DNA of 64,000 nt, from NCBI GenBank assembly GCA_013285805.1, contig JABDGY010000001.1, forward strand, positions 3,212 through 67,211. Reading direction: 5' to 3'. Positions 63,501 through 64,000 of the stretch are shown here, in pieces; within the stretch, counting starts at the first letter, position 1; each line of letters begins with the position of its first letter. This DNA is from Bacteroidota bacterium. Its GTDB lineage: Bacteria > Bacteroidota > Bacteroidia > JABEUT01. The translations under genes were made by a program, and so were the position numbers. The notes under the pieces are model-generated. The model made no database searches and was not told where the DNA came from. It saw nothing but the letters and a program-made list of their open reading frames with translations.

Positions 63501-64000
63501 CATTAACCGGCTGCCAGTCGGTATGTATAAAATTTGCCGACAGCGTGGCAGGTATTACTAAAACCATTACATGGAACTTTGGCGATGGAGGAACCTCTAC
63601 AGTCCCTGACCCGACATATTGCTACACATCACCGGGGGTTTATTCTGTTTCACTTACCGTTACAAACGATAGCGGCTGCGTGGTAACAAAATCTATTCCT
63701 AATATGATAACCGTTTACAGCAACCCTGTAGCTCAGTTCACATGGAACCCGCTAAAACCATCGAACCTCGACCCTACGGTTTCATTTATTAACCAGTCGA
63801 CCGATAGCTATCCCATAACCAACTGGGCATGGGCCTTCGGCGATGCAACCGACTCGGTAAGCTTTAAGCAGAACCCATCGCATACTTATATTGATACAGG
63901 ATGGTATTGCCCGTCATTAGTAGTAACCGATATACACGGTTGCCGCGATTCTGTTTCGCATTGCATAGATATTACCCCTCAATTCACTATATATATTCCT
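60512..64000 (+). CDS. giant surface adhesin, open at the right edge: signal peptide, ALK/LTK-like glycine-rich domain, ~7 SprB repeats, Ig/PKD-like domains, start of a gliding-type (type B) C-terminal domain
   Basis: The ATG at 60512 opens 1163 codons with no stop to the window end, so it is absent from the ORF track. The glycine-rich domain starts IQTFTVPPCVDTITIEAWGAQGGNGGGLGADIKGTFAVTPGEVLNILVGQAG and is followed by poly-Gly segments. SprB repeats look like CNGG.(D/T)G.A...(T/V).GG..PY.Y.W. A PKD-like segment is ITWNFGDGGTS. The last residues read FTIYIP. Confidence 0.8.
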   Translation, partial: MRKLYFVFIVFILAGHSIGFCQTSPATFICNSGSQGTGTIQTFTVPPCVDTITIEAWGAQGGNGGGLGADIKGTFAVTPGEVLNILVGQAGTVNGDGGSGGGGSFVADVTNNAWVVAGGGGGTSGTGSGGDPGLTTTAAGNAGNDGGTGGSAGGGGGGGVDNASCTSGDGGGGFCGNGGGSSNGGAVGAGGVGCVNGGNATGIPLCAGGGFSYLNGGAGGLGCTGGGGCSNNAISGGYGGGGGACGSGGGGGGGYSGGGGGGYSFLNGGEGGGGGSYNNGINQTNTAGVQSGNGQVIITWKASTATATITGSTNVSCNGGSDGTATVTATGGAPYTYSWNPGGQTNQTATGLSAGTYTVIATDALGCTAKDSVTITQPAPLHDSIVSFTNVSVACGSNGTATVGVKGTGPFTYSWNNGQTSSTATNLAAGTYTVIVTNTSGCTTKDSVTITQPPSLTVTVPTTVNDLCNGGNTGSATASVTGGSAPYKYSWNNGETSSKDSLLPAGSYTISVTDANGCTVTATVVINQPPAIRDSVAITVNVLCNGGNTGSATAGVKGGTAPYTYTWSNGEGVAKDSLLAAGTYTLIVKDANGCKDSTNATITQPAVLKLTAAAFAASCNGTCDGSANVIPSGGTGPYKYLWSNGSTSVNANNLCAGNYSVVVTDANGCVHDSTPLTVTAPPAITATINSVSAYCNQSDGSANVTVAGGTPPYTYLWSNGNTTTNATNLKPGTYCVKVKDANNCIDSVCTVVPNTPGETASIATTVNVTCNGGANGSATGSAAGGTAPYTYSWSNAQTTQTATGLVAGTYTLTVTDATGCKDTAVATITEPAPFVITVTGNAQLCIGQKETLTASATGGTSPYTFTWNGTTVGTTYVVNPTVTTNYSVVVTDANGCISNTTVIPVKVRDSLHLNAPPVTPMCQGDTAILSALASGGDSVYSYSWAPGGQTTSTITVSPTSTTTYTVTVTDNCGTPSVSKTIIVNLFPSRPISFTADTLTGCQSVCIKFADSVAGITKTITWNFGDGGTSTVPDPTYCYTSPGVYSVSLTVTNDSGCVVTKSIPNMITVYSNPVAQFTWNPLKPSNLDPTVSFINQSTDSYPITNWAWAFGDATDSVSFKQNPSHTYIDTGWYCPSLVVTDIHGCRDSVSHCIDITPQFTIYIP

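Noticed and set aside
1-64000. Scan of all intergenic gaps of about 100 nt or more for tRNA, rRNA, tmRNA, RNase P or SRP RNA.
   Set aside because: No cloverleaf-like GC-rich segments with a GGTTCGAATCC-type T-arm were seen, and no gap is long or structured enough for the larger RNAs. This was a visual scan only, so tRNAscan or Infernal would be decisive.

Overview
The window looks like a chromosomal segment of a Bacteroidota genome. Supporting signs are an LpxC-FabZ fusion, a PorX-type response regulator, T9SS C-terminal sorting domains, SprB repeats, a DUF4199 protein and TAnnTTTG-like -7 boxes. About 58 protein genes are supportable, and most are housekeeping. These include an argS/arginase-family/arginine decarboxylase/rocD arginine cluster, rlmD, a paaY-like/thiolase block, mscL, an SCO protein and an M28 peptidase. 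Also present are ugd-uxs, trmH, a class II RNR (nrdJ), ald, tsaE, porX, lpxD-lpxC/fabZ-lpxA and an ABC ATPase. Interspersed are large secreted or surface proteins. One is a GloVer-type tandem-repeat T9SS cargo and one is a four-LamG T9SS cargo. A 1199-aa DUF748 protein carries an internal duplication. An edge-truncated adhesin of more than 1160 aa has an ALK/LTK-like glycine-rich domain, SprB repeats and PKD-like domains. I found no rRNA, tRNA, CRISPR array, transposase or integrase. The best candidates for something new are as follows. (1) A 26-codon leader ORF with four consecutive Cys codons and mutually exclusive hairpins lies upstream of an OprO/P-like porin. (2) Five tandem hairpins share a CCTTACGGG apex, and a 19-nt direct repeat brackets a small BON-like gene. 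(3) A strongly AT-rich ~1.8-kb islet carries an orphan multi-TM protein with a degenerate K-channel-like pore loop, with a small HTH protein encoded just beyond its right edge. Many intergenic gaps also hold clusters of short word repeats or a dispersed GC-rich hairpin element family. All functional calls come from reading the translated ORFs and motifs by eye. No database search was run.
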